Assembly (NCBI RefSeq): GCF_000150275.1 | Contig: NW_002060956.1 | Coordinates: forward strand, 1,176,280 to 1,240,279 | Origin: Trichoplax adhaerens | Lineage: Eukaryota; Animalia; Placozoa | Length of the DNA: 64,000 nt | Direction: 5' to 3' | The notes under the pieces: generated by a model | The model's input: only the letters and a program-made list of their open reading frames with translations | What the model was told of the DNA's origin: nothing | The model's database searches: none | Made by a program: the position numbers and the translations under genes | Shown here: piece after piece, positions 59,501 to 64,000 of the stretch | Layout of the letters: each line of letters begins with the position of its first letter | How positions within the stretch are numbered: the stretch's first letter is position 1

Positions 59501-61275
59501 ATAGTGTATAGTATAATACTTTAGGCACAAAATCAGTACCGTAGTACTTACCGTGAATAGTCTCATTAGCGCAGATATAGACATAGGAAGCCTCAGGGTT
59601 CAAATTCCATTCAGAAAAGTTAGGAATACCTATAAGTAAAAGATTATGCTATACGTGCTTGTTTCGCTCGAAGCATAATTTCATGTTGGAAAGATTTAAC
59701 TAACCAGAATACTTTTTAGTCTTGGGGATCACACGATTCACAGTACCGAACTTTTCGGCTTCAATAGCAGCCTTTGCAGACCAACTACCAGTGACAACGT
59801 AGTCTGCACAACCTCCTAGTATTATTTTAAGTAATTTTACGATTATTTTCGATTATTTATTATCAAAAATTGAATGCATACACGGTAAAAACAAATGATA
59901 AGAAAAGTACAATTTATTGAATTCTACAACTCTATTTTAATTTAACACTGTACTGTACAGTGTACGATTTTACAATTGATAACAAAACAAAGTGCAGGCT
60001 AATGAAAACATACGTTGTGATCGGTCATGATCAACACCTTATGAGTTACCATTTTTTAAAGTAAAGTATTATACGGTCGGCACGTACTGGACCGTACTGT
60101 TCGATGATTAAAAATACGGCCGGATAAACAAATATGTGATCAAAAACAAAATATCAGAGTACAGTACAGTATTGCATCACTACTTTACGTAAAGTACTGT
60201 ACAGTATGCTGTCAAGAATGAAGATGATTGTGTACTTTACACTATGATCGGGGTACATTGGTACTGTGTATCCAGCAGCGAACTGTTTGTCCTCAATTGT
60301 TAAAGAGTTAAAAACAGCAAGCAGGCGGCGCGGCGGGTACATAGAGTGAAAAACATCAACGATGGTAGAGTAAATACAGAGCGGTAGAGTACAGTACAGC
60401 ACGATACGTGCCCAGTACTGGGCATGAATGATCCATATTTCGTAATCTTTGGTATCGTACACTGCCGTAAATAGTTTACTGTATGACGTTATTAACAGGG
60501 ACTACTACTGTAATGGCTGTTATTACTACTACTCTATATACTGTACCAGTGTACATTGGCGTATATGGATCAAACGTAGTAATAATGGAATGTTGTCATA
60601 CCTTCCTTCATTAAGTTCAATGGAACAGATGCAAATTGACCTGTGCCACCTCCTTGCATGAACAGGACTTTGTAATTATCTGGGATGTTACTGAAACACC
60701 AAGAAGAACAAATGAGTTCTAATGAACGAAAGTAACTGTAGATATTGTATCATCGTACGAGGAGGAACGTCAACTTACAGCAACTGTCTTAAATTCTGTT
60801 CAGCTTCATTGATAACCTTCGCAAAGTCAGCAGATCTGTGGCTTAGTTCTAAATTACAGAAAATAACATTTAACATACATACGTACAGTCGTTCTTTAAT
60901 CTTATCTCGCTTCATTTCAAAATCGATGCCACACTCAGTATATACTGTACTGTAAGCGGATCATACGTTACATAACATACTGTATAAACTACATGAAATG
61001 ACGGGAATCTAAAGTAAAAAAGGGTAAAAACTAACCCATGACGCTCACACCGGTGCCACCAAAATCAACGAGTTCTTCTTGAGCCTTCTTTAAGACCTAC
61101 GCAAGAGTAAAATGAGTTATAAATTGATCATTAAGAATAAGAATATTACAGTTACCATACAGAAATTTGTTCATAAAATAAAAACTTCTAGACTGGTTGC
61201 ATTAGCTAAAATGCTAACCTCTTCAGGTATTTTGGCTGGACCAGGAGCAAAATTGATAACCTTAGTATTCGACAT
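56584..61275 (-). CDS. PSAT1: Phosphoserine aminotransferase
   Basis: [59 protein letters not shown] (PLP lysine), [15 protein letters not shown] and [16 protein letters not shown]. Confidence 0.97.
59945..60550. repeat. TACAG/CTGTA cluster with a GC patch inside PSAT1 intron 4
   Basis: CACTGTACTGTACAGTG (~59947), GTACAGTACAGTA (~60159), TACTGTACAGTA (~60195), GGCGGCGCGGCGGG (~60324). Confidence 0.65.
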
Positions 61276-61619
61276 TTTCAAGAGCGTGATAGTAAAAGTT
61301 TTCAAGAAATTACAAAAGTAAAAGCGTTGCTAAACGACAGGGTATTGACAATCACGAAGATCCTCCCAAACTTCAGTCACAATGACGACTAGAGTGAATC
61401 AGACTAGGAAAGATCACCCCTTTTATAGATTTCGATGTTGTCATGTGATATGTGATTCATTGTTATAAAGGTAACCTATCAAGATTTTGCCAACGTGCGT
61501 GCGCGCATGCTACAGAATAATAGGGGTCATACTTTTCATACCGTTCAGCCAATATGGGTAAAGTTCGCTATCACGTGCCGCGACTTGACGGTCAATGATC
61601 AATTTAACTTCCTTAAGTA

Positions 61620-62690
61620 AATTACGGTACAGTACAGTACAGTACCGTACAGTACAATGCGGCAATGAATTATTGTGTACAGTACTGTACAGTACAGTAC
61701 AGTACTGTATGTACAGTACGGTACATTACTGTTTAGTACATTTACAGTACTGTAAGCTACAGTACGAAATATGAATTACCCACAGTACTGTACATCTCGT
61801 AATGATCAAGAGATGTCTGGTAATTTTTAAAATGACCAGTGATGGAACAGATACGGACAGTACTGCAATATTTAGTATCCAACCCTGCAGATACATTTAA
61901 TGATCAAAAGTGGGATTGGTAAATCCTAATACTGTACTCTAGAGACCCTTAGACTAATAAAAAGGGTCTCTACTATACGGTACACTATTGCACAACTACT
62001 AAAGTTTTACACATACTGTACTGTACAGTACTGTACAGTATTCGTACAGTACAGTATTCGTACAGTACAGTACTGTACTGTACAGTACGGTAGTGACGCC
62101 TGTGACATCATGAAAAGGGGCAGGACTTGTAGATCATGTGCAACTTTTGTGAGGTCAGTAGGTCAGTATTATTTCGCTACCAACCTATCACAGTCTTACT
62201 ACCTGGTCACGCGGTGGTAATATTGAGTTCTGCGAAAATAATAATAATAATAAGCTGGAAAACAATTAACAAATATAATACTGGGCGGAAAGCACAACGA
62301 ACAATATCATTGTTCGAAGTCTAATGACCAATAAACCAATAACCATGTCTGTACAGACAGTACAGTACAAAGGAGGGGTCAATGGTCAATTGGTCATTAG
62401 TCATTCTCAAAGCTCAATGTTACTTTGTATGACTCAGTGCGTACAGTACCGTATTGAACCCTACAGTAGACTATTACAGTACTGTACAGTACAATGTACT
62501 GTACATAGTACAGTACTGTACTGTACTGTATAATTAATTATATTATTAGTAGCCTTTGTTTGATAGCCTTTGTTTGAAGCAAGCAAGGCAAACTATACAG
62601 TACTTGGACTGTACTGTACGGTACAGTACTGTACTGTACTGTACAATGTACAGTGTACAGTAGTTGGTGTACTGTACTGTACTGTAATGA
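61620..62690. repeat. Dense TACAG/CTGTA microsatellite-palindrome arrays upstream of PSAT1
   Basis: Blocks at 61624-61790, 62014-62090 and 62345-62690 contain many TACAG runs and GTACTGTACAGTAC palindromes. Confidence 0.88.
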
Positions 62691-63845
62691 AACCTGAAAG
62701 CTTATTTATTTTTACAAGTCCATAGTCCAGGCTCAGAGGCCAGGCCGCGGCAGCTGTCCACTATGCCAGATCCTTATGCTACCATCACATATGCACATTA
62801 ACTAAAGCAAATCTTATTCGTCTTTATTCGTATTTACAATCACAGTTGTGGTTGGAAAAAATTTCGATGACTTCCTCGATGGCTTCACAGTTCATAGTCC
62901 AGTAAATCCCACGGATAGTTGTTTGCCCGAAGGTCACTTTACTTTAGGCTTGTGGGCGATTAAAAATAAAAAACAAATAACAATAATCATATATTACACT
63001 ACAAATATATATACAGTACAATATACCCGCATCAAAAATAATGTAAAGGTTATTTTCTTTTTATTCTTCAAGTACTGTATACAGTGTATATACTGTATAG
63101 ATATATACAGTATATTTGCGCAAGTACCGCAGATTAACTTGTTTGGAAATGAGTGGCATACGCTGGGCGTGTACGTGTATATCATGTACTGTATATCAAC
63201 AAGTAGAGAGAATGTCAAGGAAAAGAGAGAAAAGGAGTAAAAGTACGTATACAGTTGTAGCAATACACCGACAAGTGACAATTTATGCAGATATGTCATC
63301 GCGACGTAAATTTCTTGATCGTAAAGTTCCCCTCATAAAATCAATTTAATTTACCTTTCTTCTTCCTTGACATTCTGGCTACCTATTGGCGTTTGATGCT
63401 AGATCATTCCTTAATATCAGCGTACGATGACTAAGGATATACGAATACATTATAAAACTCTCGCAGTACTGTACTCCAGTACCGTATTAAATCCAAGCTG
63501 CTTAGAGAAATCGCTAGCTTAGTGATCAGTTTTTTTTCTTAATTCTCAATTTAAATAATAAACTTAACAATTATATTTACTAGTGTTAATAGAACTATAA
63601 AGTAGCTTTGTAACTGATAGCCTAATACGAGTATCATTATATACTGCAATTTCTCTGTATCATTAGAATACAGTCTTTGCATGAAATAAATGGCTTTAAC
63701 CTTGGATTCGCGCCGTCACTTCTCCTTTACAGAAAATTAAAAAGATTCAAATCACTGTAAATCATGCTATTTCTGGCAATCTAGCATAATGGAACGGACG
63801 TGCGTTATTTTTAGTATGGCTGTTATGATGCCTTGCCACAGAGAG

Positions 63846-63853
63846 TATAAAAG
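63846..63853 (+). promoter_or_regulatory. Candidate TATA box of a gene starting at or beyond the window end
   Basis: TATAAAAG is followed by G/C-richer sequence and TCAGT at ~63888. No CDS is visible within the window. Confidence 0.3.
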
Positions 63854-64000
63854 GAGCGAGCTCACAACGACTAGGGAGTTCCGAAATTCAGTAGTCATAA
63901 AGGCTAGTCAAGTAACACAATAAATATATAATAAACTAACTTTCTAGCTGAATACTTTTCGAGCAATTGATTACCTATACGTACCCCGCGTGTATTAGGA

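Noticed and set aside
57585-59551. Telomerase RNA, RNase P/MRP RNA, snoRNA or SECIS in the PSAT1 intron
   Set aside because: By eye there is no CTAACCCTAA template, no P4 consensus, no properly spaced C/D boxes, and the stems are too short for a SECIS.
62847-62900. PDI-like VVGKNFDD peptide
   Set aside because: No WCGHC or other thioredoxin exon was found nearby.
60154-63349. Cys/Thr/Val/Tyr/Gln-rich short ORFs
   Set aside because: They are translations of TACAG/CTGTA repeats or antisense to PSAT1 exons.

Overview
AT-rich, intron-dense animal genomic DNA with many ~70-100 nt GT-AG introns. The composition and gene style suggest a placozoan such as Trichoplax, but this is inference and was not verified. 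Eight multi-exon genes could be reconstructed by hand: type IV collagen (+, 25 exons), WRAP53/TCAB1 (-), PEX1 (+), RPP38 (-), RNASEH2B (+), an H-NOX soluble guanylyl cyclase (+), a FER/FES tyrosine kinase (-) and PSAT1 (-). No CRISPR array, rRNA, tRNA or intact transposon was seen. The most notable points are: (1) a collagen IV chain lacking 7S cysteines, the sulfilimine Lys and the chloride-nest residues, but carrying ~20 N-glycosylation sequons and 8 RGDs; (2) a CaaX-tailed, catalytically degenerate sGC next to RNASEH2B, echoing the mammalian RNASEH2B-GUCY1B2 pair; (3) fold-back TACAG/CTGTA arrays at housekeeping-gene 5' ends; (4) long introns built from decayed local tandem duplications, one copying an exon-intron junction; (5) an apparent frameshift in WRAP53 exon 1.
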